Shown piece by piece: positions 37,516 to 50,003 of a stretch of 52,879 nt of DNA. The notes below the pieces were generated by a model, which was not told the DNA's origin, made no database searches, and worked only from the letters and a program-made list of their open reading frames with translations. Made by a program: the position numbers and the translations under genes. Numbering within the stretch: the first letter of the stretch is position 1; the number at the start of each line of letters is the position of its first letter. Source of the stretch: Octopus bimaculoides (Eukaryota). The stretch covers positions 84,739,333 through 84,792,211 of the forward strand of contig NC_068981.1 in the NCBI RefSeq assembly GCF_001194135.2, given 5' to 3'.

Positions 37516-38035
37516 CTTATTTTATTCTATAGGTTTGTAATTTGTATTGTGCGTAAATTGAAACAATTATAGGTTTAATTAACAATATATTAATAAATTT
37601 ATTTAAATCCATTTAAACTCTTCATTTCTTTACTTAATGATATTCAATATTTGTAAAATACCTATTTATATTGAAGAGCTATTTCGCAGCAATATAAGGT
37701 ATTAAACCAGTGTATCTTGGATGAAATCATCCCTTTAAGAGGTTAATATATCCTCACAGTGACTATATATATATCCACACCATGTTTTCACGGAAAATGA
37801 AGTCTTCATGTTGTGTATTTAGGGAGAGAATTTTGGTGTCAAAATCCATTCATGTTTAAGTTATTAACTTATGATTGGATTTTCAGACTGGAGATCTAAC
37901 TAAAAAGAAGAGGTTCTTCTCTAAGATCATAATAGAATAATGGCACTCCTTCCTAAACTTTTAGTATCCATTCTCTGGAACTTACACAACACCCTTGTAT
38001 GCTTGATTATGAGAAATATCTCTTTCAATACATAC

Positions 38036-38190
38036 ACTTGTTTCCGAACAATATTTCTGATTTCTTCCATAGTGACTCTCCTTGTGTTACCCAGTATTCT
38101 TAGCTGTTTCTGCAGTTTATCCATGTCTGAGTCCTGGCTTATATTTGCTATATCCTCATCCATTTTGTCCAGACCACAATAAGATGACAT
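38036..38190 (-). CDS. ODAD1: ODAD1/CCDC63-like coding exon 1 (MSSYCGLDKM...IRNIVRKQ + GT)
   Basis: ATG at 38190 with an in-frame TAA a few codons upstream. 155 nt = 51 codons + 2. Donor GT|GTATGT at 38035. An acceptor (ttttggtttttgatttgattttag) at 38224-38223 implies a further 5'UTR exon upstream. DKLQKQLRILGNTRR resembles the N-terminal coiled coil of CCDC114/CCDC63. Confidence 0.8.
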
Positions 38191-38543
38191 TGTCTTAGAT
38201 AAATTTCTTTAGCTCAATCTCACTAAAATCAAATCAAAAACCAAAAAGAATATTGTAATTCAAAATATATTATCAGATTTTGAGAAAATTTATCAAATAC
38301 AGCAAATGCAATGTAATACAATATCATATGATTCAATTTTAACATATATAAGATTACCTGATAATCCTGCATACAATATGCTTACAGAATTATATGGATA
38401 TTTTTCCCAGCTCTAAAAACTTAGAAGATGATTCAACATACTGTTAAAGACAAAATGCTTATTAATTGTACAGGTTTTAGCTGGCAGAATCATTTGCATA
38501 TTTGACAAAATGTTTAGTGACATTTCTCCCAGCTTTACATTCA

Positions 38544-38943
38544 TCATCATCATCATCATCATCGTTTAACGTCCGCTTTCCATGCTGGCATGGGTTGGAC
38601 GATTTGACTGAGGACTGGTGAACCAGATGGCTACACCAGGATCCAATCTGATTTGGCAGAGTTTCTACAGCTGGATGCCCTTCCTAACGCCAACCACTCC
38701 GAGTGTGTAGTGGGTACTTTTACGTGCCACCAGCACGAAGGCCAGTCAGGCAGTACTGGCATCGGCCATGCTCAAAATGGTATATTTTATGCGCCACCTG
38801 CACAGGAGCCAGTCCAGCGGCACTGGCAGTGATCTCGCTTGAATGACTTTTCACATGCCACTGGTACAAGTGCCAGGAAGGCAACGCTGGTAACGATCAC
38901 ACTCGAACAGTGCTCTTAGCGCTTCACTGGTACAGGTGCCATC
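38544..38943 (-). mobile_element. RTE-type 3' end with (GAT)n tail, inside a family B SINE
   Basis: (cat)n-cgtttaacgtccgctttccatgctggcatgggttgg...ctggatgcccttcctaacgccaacc. The SINE halves lie at 38470-38543 and 38944-39090, with acattca on both sides of the insert. Confidence 0.82.
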
Positions 38944-39344
38944 ACATTCAAATTCCCCCAAGATTAATTGTTGCCTTTCATCTTTTTGAGGAGGATAAAA
39001 TAGATATCAGTTGAGCTGAGGGAGCAATGTAATCGACTAAATTCCTCCCACCCCAAATTGTTAGCTTTGTACTTATAGTAGAAAGAATTGATTATCATGA
39101 TGAATTCCTTTTCTTTTATTTTTTATTGATGTTTAGCTTCATATTGGATTTGATTGAGCAAACCTATGAGCAAAAACATTCCAGTTCTAATCTCACCATT
39201 TTCTTTATTCAAACATTTTGTGTATATGATCAATGATATTAGTTTAAATATAAGATATCATTTGATAGGGAGAGTTCACTCATGTGACCAGTGGTCTCAC
39301 TATAAAGTTGGTGTTTTATTAGCTTGTAGAGATGAGTTCAACTT

Positions 39345-39710
39345 ATTTTATCATTTATCTTTACTCTCACTTGTTTCAGGCATTGGGCTGCAGCCAAGTG
39401 TGCTACTTTGATGAATTTAGTGAAACAAATCGACCCTAGTATTTATTTTTTTCTTTTAATTTGGTACTTATTCTATAGGTCTCTTTTGCTAAAGCCACTA
39501 AGTTACATGGATGTAAACAAATCAACACCCATTATTAAGAAGGGAAGGGAACATAGACAAACACAAAGACACACATACACACATAGATATAATGGGCTTC
39601 CATATAATTTCCATCTACCAAATTGACTCACAAGGCATTGGTCAGCATTGGCTACATTAGAAGATACTTGCCCAAGGTACCACACAGTGGGACTGAACCT
39701 GAAACCATGT
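39345..39710 (-). mobile_element. SINE family A, diverged
   Basis: Tail ttactctcacttgtttcagg, and the CORE segment acttgcccaaggtaccacacagtgggactgaacc. Confidence 0.75.
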
Positions 39711-40626
39711 AGTGCCAAGCTAATTCCCTTGAGATACACTACACATTGACAGTCTTCAGTAGTGTTCCTGTTACACAGCGGTTTATTGGATGTTCTATGA
39801 GCTAACATAGAATGCAGGATGCTTCTCAAAAACAGCGAAGTGCATAACATGTTCTGGACAAGGCCACATGGATGAATCATATGCTGTTATCTACCCACTA
39901 TAAACAGCAGCCAAATCTACCATTAGTTACACTCTACTATCTTAAATAAAGAAGTACATATAAAAACATCTTGTGTAATCTATTATATAAGACTTGATGG
40001 TCACAGTTTTTATCTTAGATTTGTTTGAACAAGGATCATCTGATACGATCAATAAGAAGAGCCTCTTACTCAACCCCAGTACTCTAAGCATTGCATATTC
40101 AATAGATACATTGAATGCATTACAATATTTAAGTAAATGTCTAATAGTATAAAACTAAACAACAAGGCTATTCCCTCTCAGTTTGGTAACATGAAATATA
40201 ATCTAATTGTCAAAATTAAGATCCAATGTGGCAGAGAAATATAGAAATTAAAGAAAATTGCTTGATTCAGTATGATCTTTTAGACACATTTAGTTTAACA
40301 CCATCACCTGGTTCTTAAATTCCTTGAGAAGAGTCTCCACTTTATTGTGCACTAACATATTCAGATTAATGTCTTTACGTTTGTTGCTTTAATCAAAACA
40401 TGTTAGCTGTGTACTCCAACCTTCATCAGGTGTATGTCATGTGTGTAAACAATCTCAGAATTTTCGACCAAATCTTTTTCTTAATTTCTGAAGATAATCT
40501 GTTTTCAATCAGTTTCCCAGGGATATTTATAAATTAGTTAGTATCAAACTTGTGATACCACTTGCGCAATCTTCTTGGACCAGAATACACACACGTGCAT
40601 GCCTACATGCATGCATACATGTATGT

Positions 40627-40660
<34 letters not shown>

Positions 40661-40777
40661 TCACTAAAGCAAGGACTGAAATTATACCCACCAAGTATTC
40701 AGACCAGGCATTCAGTCAGAGAAAAACTTAATTTCTAGATATGTTGTTTCCTGGTGGATGAATCAGGATTTCTTCAT

Positions 40778-40812
<35 letters not shown>

Positions 40813-42078
40813 NNNNNNNNNNNNNNNNNNNNNNNNNNNNNNNNNNNNNNNNNNNNNNNNNNNNNNNNNNNNNNNNNNNNNNNNNNNNNNNNNNNNNNNN
40901 NNNNNNNNNNNNNNNNNNNNNNNNNNNNNNNNNNNNNNNNNNNNNNNNNNNNNNNNNNNNNNNNNNNNNNNNNNNNNNNNNNNNNNNNNNNNNNNNNNNN
41001 NNNNNNNNNNNNNNNNNNNNNNNNNNNNNNNNNNNNNNNNNNNNNNNNNNNNNNNNNNNNNNNNNNNNNNNNNNNNNNNNNNNNNNNNNNNNNNNNNNNN
41101 NNNNNNNNNNNNNNNNNNNNNNNNNNNNNNNNNNNNNNNNNNNNNNNNNNNNNNNNNNNNNNNNNNNNNNNNNNNNNNNNNNNNNNNNNNNNNNNNNNNN
41201 NNNNNNNNNNNNNNNNNNNNNNNNNNNNNNNNNNNNNNNNNNNNNNNNNNNNNNNNNNNNNNNNNNNNNNNNNNNNNNNNNNNNNNNNNNNNNNNNNNNN
41301 NNNNNNNNNNNNNNNNNNNNNNNNNNNNNNNNNNNNNNNNNNNNNNNNNNNNNNNNNNNNNNNNNNNNNNNNNNNNNNNNNNNNNNNNNNNNNNNNNNNN
41401 NNNNNNNNNNNNNNNNNNNNNNNNNNNNNNNNNNNNNNNNNNNNNNNNNNNNNNNNNNNNNNNNNNNNNNNNNNNNNNNNNNNNNNNNNNNNNNNNNNNN
41501 NNNNNNNNNNNNNNNNNNNNNNNNNNNNNNNNNNNNNNNNNNNNNNNNNNNNNNNNNNNNNNNNNNNNNNNNNNNNNNNNNNNNNNNNNNNNNNNNNNNN
41601 NNNNNNNNNNNNNNNNNNNNNNNNNNNNNNNNNNNNNNNNNNNNNNNNNNNNNNNNNNNNNNNNNNNNNNNNNNNNNNNNNNNNNNNNNNNNNNNNNNNN
41701 NNNNNNNNNNNNNNNNNNNNNNNNNNNNNNNNNNNNNNNNNNNNNNNNNNNNNNNNNNNNNNNNNNNNNNNNNNAATTTGAGGAAATCAAAATGTAAACT
41801 CAAAATGTAAAGCCAAAAGAAATGTTGTTAAGCATTTTGTCCAGCATGATAATGATTCTGCCGGTCCACGGCCTTAATAATACACATTGATAAATAATAT
41901 AAACATTGCATGTATAATAGATTATTTCTAATTACATTCTATAGAAAAATTTTTACATACGTAGACCATAGAAAAATAACATCATAGATTAAAAATCCAA
42001 TGTTTTTATCCATATAGATAATAGTCTTAAAAAAGTCATCTTACTATTGTTGTTCTTGCTCTTGTTGCAAACCTTGGA

Positions 42079-42324
42079 TTAACCCTTTAGCATTTAAACT
42101 GGCTATATCCAGCCAAAATATTCTACTTGTTTAATGTTCATAATGGCCAGATCCAGCCTTTCACACCTGCCCTATAATATTGTAAATTTACCAGTTATCT
42201 CATCAAAATTGCAAAGCTACTAGATAGTGCATCATTAATCTAAAACAATATGAATGAATAAGCAAAACAATATGAATGAATAAGCATTACTTTTGATTGA
42301 ATAATGTGAATACTAAAGGGTTAA
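42079..42324. mobile_element. TTAA-type MITE family 1, complete, with a 22-bp internal tandem duplication
   Basis: TIRs ttaaccctttagcatt and aatactaaagggttaa. aaaacaatatgaatgaataagc occurs twice. Confidence 0.85.
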
Positions 42325-42398
42325 AGACACTCCAGCTTTAACCATCTTCTTTTATTCATTTTTTTTTTGTTTTTGTTTCAGATATAGCATCTTGGATC

Positions 42399-42419
<21 letters not shown>

Positions 42420-42430
<11 letters not shown>

Positions 42431-42583
42431 GACAGGCTTCTTTAAGTTTCTGTCTACCAAATCCACTCGAAAGGCTTTGGCTGGTCTGAGGTTATTGTAG
42501 AAGACATTTGCCCAAGGTGCCACACAGCAGGACTGAACCCAGAACCATGTGGTCGGGAAGCAAGATTCTTGCTACACAGCCAC
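42420..42583 (-). mobile_element. SINE family A, 5' half
   Basis: gacaggcttctttaagtttctgtctaccaaatccactc...gctacacagccac. Confidence 0.78.
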
Positions 42584-43072
42584 ATTTACATATATTATGA
42601 TTCTCATTTTTAAAAAATACCTTCAATAAGAAAACTAACCCTCGGCCCATGAAAGAAACAGACTTTATTGATCTGTATCTTTTGAAATGAAATCTCATTA
42701 GGTTGTTGTCAAGATATTTTATTTATAACTAAAGCTAAAAAAAAGAAACCAATGAAATTTTTGCAGCTTGGTGGACTACAATGTCTAATTTACATGATCA
42801 TGTCCTTGCCATACCAAACCAATAACTTATAATCTTCTTAAATCAATGAATGTTTACAGGGGGAAAAAGTTATAAATAAGTATAATTTTTTTCAAACTTG
42901 ATAATTACTAATCAAGACAAAATAAACACAACATAATGGAAACAGTAAAAATTAATCACTCAGGGATGAGGAGACCACCTGGTGGTCAGTCAATATACTG
43001 AACGTTGGAATAGTCTGTAATCCTCAGAAGCAAGGTTGAGAATAGAGTGCTAGCCAACACATTTTAATATCA

Positions 43073-43128
43073 TCATCATCATCATCATCATCATCGTCAT
43101 CACCGTCACCATCACCATCACCACCACC

Positions 43129-43177
<49 letters not shown>

Positions 43178-43245
43178 CTATAACTATCACTGTCACCGCA
43201 AATGCCACCACCACCACCACCACCACCACAATGACGATGATGGTG
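43073..43245. repeat. (CAT)n/(CAC)n compound trinucleotide repeat
   Basis: Direct reading. (TAA)n follows at about 43421-43497. Confidence 0.92.
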
Positions 43246-43421
43246 GGGGTTTAAATGAATGTGTTACTACTGTGGGCAAACATATATTTAATACTTATTG
43301 ATTACATATGTGCAATGAAGCAATTTTCATTTCTTCCAATTATTTCAGCTTCAATGTAATAAAACATTAAAATTTCTCAACCAAATTTAGTTTCCTATTT
43401 AGTTAAATTCTATTTTGAAAC

Positions 43422-43497
<76 letters not shown>

Positions 43498-43964
43498 TGA
43501 AGAAAATGAATGTAAAAAACGACAGCCATTTTATGTTCTGGCAATTTGAAAGCTAATAGTTGATTTCACCTGTTATTTTGTTCAATAAGAAGATATAGTG
43601 AGGTAACTGAAAATATACTTTATCTAATAACATTGTTGTTGTTGTTATAGTTGTAGTTATTGTTGTTGTTTTTTAGTTGTATGGCATATCAGTTTTTCTT
43701 TTTCTTTTTTTACATTTTATGGGTGTGGAGGGAGAAGCAATTCCCATAGCCTTGGAAGAACCTTTTAGATGAGTATGAGTGATGTCATTGATACACTTCT
43801 TGTCCTTCTGCAAGTCCGCAACAACTGGGTAAAACATGAGCAGAAAGAGAATTGCACAAGACCAACATTTTAGAGCAAGAAAGACTGTGAATTGGTACTA
43901 ACTGAATTGAAGATGCACAAGCCCACTCAGCTATGACAATTAGAGGTGATTATAGTAAACGGTA

Positions 43965-44229
43965 AAGACCCCTTTCGGTCATGAATGACCATAGGATTGC
44001 ATCTAGAAAGTTACCCTCCAAGGCACAAGTCTGGGCAAGGTGGTTTATGGAAGACCAGCAGTCGCCCATGCATACCAGCCTCCCCTTTCCACGCCACCAG
44101 TGCTATCCAAGGGTAAGCCAAAGGTTGATACAGCTTGGCACCAGTGACGTCGCAACTCATTTCTACAGCTGAGTGAACTGGAGCAGCGTGAAATAAAGTG
44201 TCTTGCTCAAGAACACAACACGCAGCCCG
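43965..44229 (-). mobile_element. SINE family D, head-truncated
   Basis: Nearly colinear with 787-1047. Confidence 0.87.
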
Positions 44230-44299
44230 GGCATCCAGCCATAGAAGTCCATCATCATCATCATCATCATCATCATTTTCTTAACGTCAAGGTTTTTAT

Positions 44300-44447
44300 T
44301 CTCATATGAATATCCCCGAGAACTACGTTAAGGGAACACGTATCTGTGGAGTGCTCAGTCACTTGAACGTTAATTTCACGAGCAGGCTGTTCTGTTGATC
44401 GGATCAACTGGAACCCTCGACGTCGTAAGCGACGGAGTGCCAACAAC
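44300..44447 (+). mobile_element. SINE family C, 3' fragment
   Basis: gaatatccccgagaactacgttaaggg...gacggagtgccaacaac. Confidence 0.85.
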
Positions 44448-46360
44448 AACTACAAAGGAAACGCTGACACTGGTGGGACTTGATGTTTGAATATTGCAGG
44501 GGAAAAAAATGCATTATGTATTGTTAGGCAGGTTAAGAGCTGTACCAGAACTACCACTCCATTGCTTTTGGTTATACAAATGATGGCCTCATGCCTACTT
44601 AAAAATAAAAATAAAAATAAAAGAATTATTTATTTAAGATATTTTCCTTTCATTCAATGAGTCTCAAAGTGATTAAAAAGTTTCTGATAATTAAATATAG
44701 CCAGAAGAAAGGGTATGAAGGTGATGGAAGTATTTCATTAATATATTGATTCCTTGATATTGGCACATGACCATGAATTTGTATGGAAGGAGGAGTAATA
44801 TAGTCAGTTGAATTGATCCTAGTAAATCACTGCAAGAGATGAAAGGCAAAGTCAACACTGATGGCATTCAAATTCAGAGTGCAAACGGATGCAACTAAAT
44901 ACCTCTAGAGCACTCCTCCTTTTCTATTGCTCCACTGCTTTACACTTCATTAATTTATTAACCATATTCTAGAGGCTTCTTGTGCTTGGCTTTACAATTT
45001 GATGCACAGATACAAATATTTAAGAGAACAATGATGATGATGACTGAGGTAAAAAAAAAAAAATGAAGATAAATGATTAAAGAATAATGATTGAAAGTTT
45101 AATCATCTGTGACTTGTTACCACAGCTATTTATTTTCTTTATTTCTGTCGTATTAATTAGTTCACATATTTTAAATTTTAATTAGATGATCTAAAATTTT
45201 TAATATAAGTATTCATTCTTTTCACTTTTCATTTTTTACTTGTTTCACTCATTGGATCGCTGCCATGCTGGAGCACTACTCTGAAGGGGTTAGATAATCA
45301 AATCTACTTCTATACTTATTTAAAGTCTGGTACTCATTTTATCTGTCACTTTTGGTGGAATTGCTAAATTTTGGAGATGTAAACAAACTATCAATGGTTG
45401 TCAAATGATTAGAAACAGCCACAAACACTAAGATTAACAAACATATACATATACATACAGCAGGTGTAAAATAGTGGTGGGGGGGAAGNNNNNNNNNNNN
45501 NNNNNNNNNNNNNNNNNNNNNNNNNNNNNNNNNNNNNNNNNNNNNNNNNNNNNNNNNNNNNNNNNNNNNNNNNNNNNNNNNNNNNNNNNNNNNNNNNNNN
45601 NNNNNNNNNNNNNNNNNNNNNNNNNNNNNNNNNNNNNGAGGGGCAGCAGCAGCAGCAGCAGCAGCACGAGGAGCAGGAGGAGGAGAATTTGATGGGCTTC
45701 TACACAGTTTTTGTCTGCCAAATTAATTCACGAGGTATTGATCAGGCTGCAGTTATACCAAAAAAATGCATATCCCAAGTGCTACACAGCGAGACTCAAG
45801 ACAAAACCACATGATTGCAAAGTTATCTTCTTAACCATACAGTCATGCTTATATCTACAATTCCTACACTAAAAGCTTTGTTATGAAAACTAAATAAAAA
45901 TAAATACATTATTTATATCTCTCTGTGGACAGAAAAATATTGTGATGAATTTCCAACTAGAAATGAAACTAGTCAGAAAAACACAATATTTTTTTTGTTC
46001 ACTAAGAGATATAAAAAATATGCTTACATTTCTTTTACTTTTGCAAATGATGTTTATAATTTCAAAATTAAAGCCATATCTGCATTAAAAATTCCAGGTT
46101 ATTTAATATATACTATCATGGTGATTTTTCTCAAGAACTAAGAATATTATTACTGAATTAAACTAAAGAAATGGTTTAGGAGACTGTTAATGGTTAAAAA
46201 ATAGGAAAAATGAAGTGATTTGGTCATGACGCCATATCTTCTTGTAGTGATTCACTCCCAGCATGGATTCACCCCCAGTAAAATGTGTATGGGATGACTG
46301 CTACAAAGAAGAATGGAGATGGATGAGGATGGTGGCAATCTTGAAGTTGCCTATGATTCT

Positions 46361-47565
46361 TTTACTCTTTTACTCTTTTGCTTGTTTCAGTCTTTTTGAC
46401 TGTGGGCATGCCGGAGCACCGCCTTTAGTCGAGCAAATCGACCCCAGGACTTATTCTTTGGAAGCCTAGTACTTATTCTATCGGTCGCTTTTGCCGAACC
46501 ACTAAGTTACGGGGACGTAAACACACCAGCATCGGCTGTCAAGCGATGTTGGGGTGACAAACACAGACACACAAACACATACACACATACATATATATAT
46601 ATATCGTCGTCGTCGTCGTTTAACGTCCGCTTTCCATGCTAGCATGGGTTGGACGATTTGACTGAGGACTGGTGAAACCAGATGGCTACACCAGGCTCCA
46701 ATCTGATTTGGCAGAGTTTCTAGAGCTGGATGCCCTTCCTAACTCCAACCACTCAGAGAGTGTATTGGGTGCTTTTACGTNNNNNNNNNNNNNNNNNNNN
46801 NNNNNNNNNNNNNNNNNNNNNNNNNNNNNNNNNNNNNNNNNNNNNNNNNNNNNNNNNNNNNNNNNNNNNNNNNNNNNNNNNNNNNNNNNNNNNNNNNNNN
46901 NNNNNNNNNNNNNNNNNNNNNNNNNNNNNNNNNNNNNNNNNNNNNNNNNNNNNNNNNNNNNNNNNNNNNNNNNNNNNNNNNNNNNNNNNNNNNNNNNNNN
47001 NNNNNNNNNNNNNNNNNNNNNNNNNNNNNNNNNNNNNNNNNNNNNNNNNNNNNNNNNNNNNNNNNNNNNNNNNNNNNNNNNNNNNNNNNNNNNNNNNNNN
47101 NNNNNNNNNNNNNNNNNNNNNNNNNNNNNNNNNNNNNNNNNNNNNNNNNNNNNNNNNNNNNNNNNNNNNNNNNNNNNNNNNNNNNNNNNNNNNNNNNNNN
47201 NNNNNNNNNNNNNNNNNNNNNNNNNNNNNNNNNNNNNNNNNNNNNNNNNNNNNNNNNNNNNNNNNNNNNNNNNNNNNNNNNNNNNNNNNNNNNNNNNNNN
47301 NNNNNNNNNNNNNNNCACCCGCACATGAGCCAGTCCAGGGGCACTGGCAATGATCTCACTCGAAAGATTTTATACATATATATATATATATATACATATA
47401 TGCGACGGGCTTCTTTCAGTTTCCATCTACCAAATCCACTCACAAGGCTTTGGTCTACCCGAGGCTATAGTAGAAGACACTTGCCCAAGATGCCACGCAG
47501 TGGCAATGAACCCGGAATCATGTGGTTGGTAAGCAAGCTACTTACTACACAGCCACTCCTATGCC
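46361..47565 (-). mobile_element. SINE family A split by an RTE-tail element (46605-47370, with a gap)
   Basis: 3' half at 46361-46604 and 5' half at 47371-47565. The insert sits in the SINE's internal (TA)n. Confidence 0.85.
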
Positions 47566-48429
47566 TATATATATATATATATATATAAAGAAAGAGGTTA
47601 TGTGTGTTTCTTGCAGTGCACCTATGGCTGCTATCCGCTATATTTTGAATGGTTAATTAAACAAAAGAAAGACTGTTCATCCACCCATTTCCTCTCATTA
47701 TTCCTTGGAGGATCACTGGGGTAGAGGCCTCGGTCATCTTCTCTGTAGGATCTCATCAGAAGTAACCATCATTACACTTTTCAGCTGGGTTCTTATGCAT
47801 GATCAACTGAGACTAGATATTATCCAACCATTGTATTCTATATAGTAGTCTTGAGAAGTGCAAAGTAAATTTTCTATGGTATGTAGTTAGTGATTGTCAG
47901 TTAGTTCACATATACTTAGTACCAGAGATATGACCTCTCAAAGGAAAATAATGAAATGGAAAATTCTGAAAAAGATTTTTTGGTAAAGTCCTTTTTTTTT
48001 TTTTAGCTTGTGAAATGTCAGGATTCATGAAGACGAGTTTATGTAGCATTCTGAAAAGAACACAAAATTAGAATGCCCTATACTCTGGAAAAAAGGTGTG
48101 ATTCCTGGTGCTTAAACTTCAACATAACATTTTAAATATCAAAGTAAGTAAGGTAAGAAGCTTGCTTCCCAACTACATGGTTTTAAGTCCAGTCCCACTA
48201 TGTGGCACCTTGGGCAACTGTCTTCTTCTATAGACTTGGATCAATCAAAGCCTTGTGAGTAGATTTGGTAGACGAAAACTGAAAAAATCCTGTTGTGTAC
48301 AAGCATGCATACACAAATCCATCCATCCATCCATCCATCCATGCATACATACATACATACATACATACATACATACTTACATACACATATACATAGGCAA
48401 TGACTACTGACCGAGACCTTTGGAAATGT

Positions 48430-48862
48430 GCTGTGCGTGAGAAGACCCGGCAAGCCAAGTGAGATCATTGCCAGTGCCCCTGGACTGGCTCTTGTGCGGG
48501 TGGCACATAAGATGCACCATTTTGAGCGTGACCGTTGCCAGTACCGCCTGACTGGCCTTCGTAGGATTTTCGAGCGAGATCGTTGCCGGTGCCCCTGGAC
48601 TGGCTCTTGTGCGGGTGGCACATAAAAGACACCATTTTGAGCGTGGCTGTTGCCAGTACCGCCTGACTGGCCTTCGTGCGGGTGACATGTAAAAGCACCC
48701 ACTACACTCTCTGAGTGGTTGGCGTTAGGAAGGGCATCCAGCTGTAGAAACTCTACCAAATTAGATTGGAGCCTGGTGTTGCCATCCGGTTTCACCAGTC
48801 CTCAGTCAAATCGACCAACCCATGCTAGCATGGAAAGCGGACGTTAAACGATGATGATGATG
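48430..48862 (+). mobile_element. RTE-type 3' end with a 115-bp tandem repeat and (GAT)n tail
   Basis: Repeat units start at 48461 and 48576. Ends ccaacccatgctagcatggaaagcggacgttaaacgatgatgatgat. Confidence 0.85.
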
Positions 48863-49320
48863 TGTGTGTGGTGGGGTGTCCTTTGTTTCCAATCTTTATG
48901 GAAAACATGGAACATAGCTGATGGGGAAATATGTGAGGATTAGCAACAGAAATGACATCTTGCCAGAGAATATCTGTTCCAATAAATTCTGTCCAACTCA
49001 TGCAAACATGGAAATGTTGACATTAAAAAAATGAAAGTAATTTGTTATTTGCATTCATTTATATAATTTACGCATGAATTGCATGCCTTGTACTTCATGC
49101 AGGAAACATCATTTTCTTGTAATGGGTCAGAGGATTGCCTCTGTGAATTTCCTTATCACCTTACCCAGCCCTCTAATAGGAGCTGTTAGAGTGTCAGGCT
49201 TTGCACTATCTGTTTTGGCTCTTTCCATTGTGAGAGCAAAAACTGCAATGGTGCTGATGCTAAGCTGTATCAGCCTAAATTGAAAGTTTTTTCTTAAGAA
49301 TAAGCACTAGCGTGCTAGGG

Positions 49321-49376
49321 GAAACATTTGTAGAATTGAGAAACATTTGTAGAATTGGGAAACATTTGTAGAATTG
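49321..49376. repeat. 19-bp minisatellite x3 (gaaacatttgtagaattgr)
   Basis: Direct reading. Confidence 0.9.
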
Positions 49377-49680
49377 ATTTAATTCTGGTTGATATGAAAA
49401 TGGCAAACGAAGACACACCCAGAAAAATTTGCTGTGCAAAGATCTATGAATGTGGTTTATCAGCTGAGACACTTGAAAATTCAGTAGAATAGATTAACAC
49501 CCCAGTGCTGTAGCATGTATTGGGTAGTTACTATATTTTGCTCATTTGATACAGTCCAATGCATATAAATAAATAAATAAATAATGAATAACTCATGATG
49601 GATGGTGTAATACAACTAATGTAACCCAGAACAAACAATGAAAGAGATAATGCATTATATATTTGCTTATTCACTCATTG

Positions 49681-49740
49681 AGCAGAGTGGTGTAGTGGAA
49701 TCATGATGGGTCCATAACTCAGAGGTTCATAGATCAAAAC
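49681..49740 (+). pseudogene. Initiator tRNA-Met pseudogene, 3'-truncated
   Basis: AGCAGAGTGGTGTAGTGGAA...CCATAAC.CAGAGGT...GATCAAAAC is about 80% identical over 60 nt to the metazoan tRNA-iMet as recalled. Anticodon CAT at 49713-49715. Many changes are CpG-type transitions and the 3' acceptor arm is missing. Confidence 0.8.
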
Positions 49741-49775
49741 TGTGAAGAAATCGATATTATTTTTTTATATTTATA

Positions 49776-50003
49776 TTGGGTTGTACGGAAAGTTCGTGCC
49801 GATTTTTAAAGGAAAGAAAAAGGTCAATAAATACTTGCCATTACATTTTTAATCCACCAAATATGAACCATTTTGTTGCACAATGTGACTCCATCTTTCC
49901 TTTAACTTGAAAATACCTTCTTCCCAGAATTGAGGTAGTTTCATGGCAAATAAGTCAAAAGGTAACCTACTATAAATCGGCGCGAACTTTCCGGACAACC
50001 CAA
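49776..50003 (-). mobile_element. mariner-derived MITE with a transposase C-terminal remnant
   Basis: ~30-bp TIRs ttgggttgt(a/c)cggaaagttcg(t/c)gccgattt with 2 mismatches and TA TSDs. The minus strand encodes FWEEGIFKLKERWSHIVQQNGSYLVD*, a typical mariner C-terminus. Confidence 0.92.

Noticed and set aside
37940-38182. 80-aa hydrophobic plus-strand ORF as a protein-coding gene
   Set aside because: It is the exact antisense of coding exon 1, a typical shadow ORF. The ORF at 23941-24153 is the same for exon 6.
40754-41810. The longest ORFs in the track (338-350 aa), and similar ones at 11.4, 34.3, 45.4 and 46.7 kb
   Set aside because: They consist of X residues from N-gaps.
47700-47790. Minus-strand CTGATGAG as a possible hammerhead
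   Set aside because: There is no stem II hairpin followed by GAAA.
48241-48795. 184-aa minus-strand ORF (MKPDGNTRLQ...)
   Set aside because: It lies entirely in the RTE-type 3' tandem repeat and a microsatellite, and related reading frames appear in other copies.
49321-49376. Short direct repeats considered as a CRISPR-like array (also 462-498)
   Set aside because: The units are contiguous with no unique spacers, in a eukaryotic context; this is a simple minisatellite.
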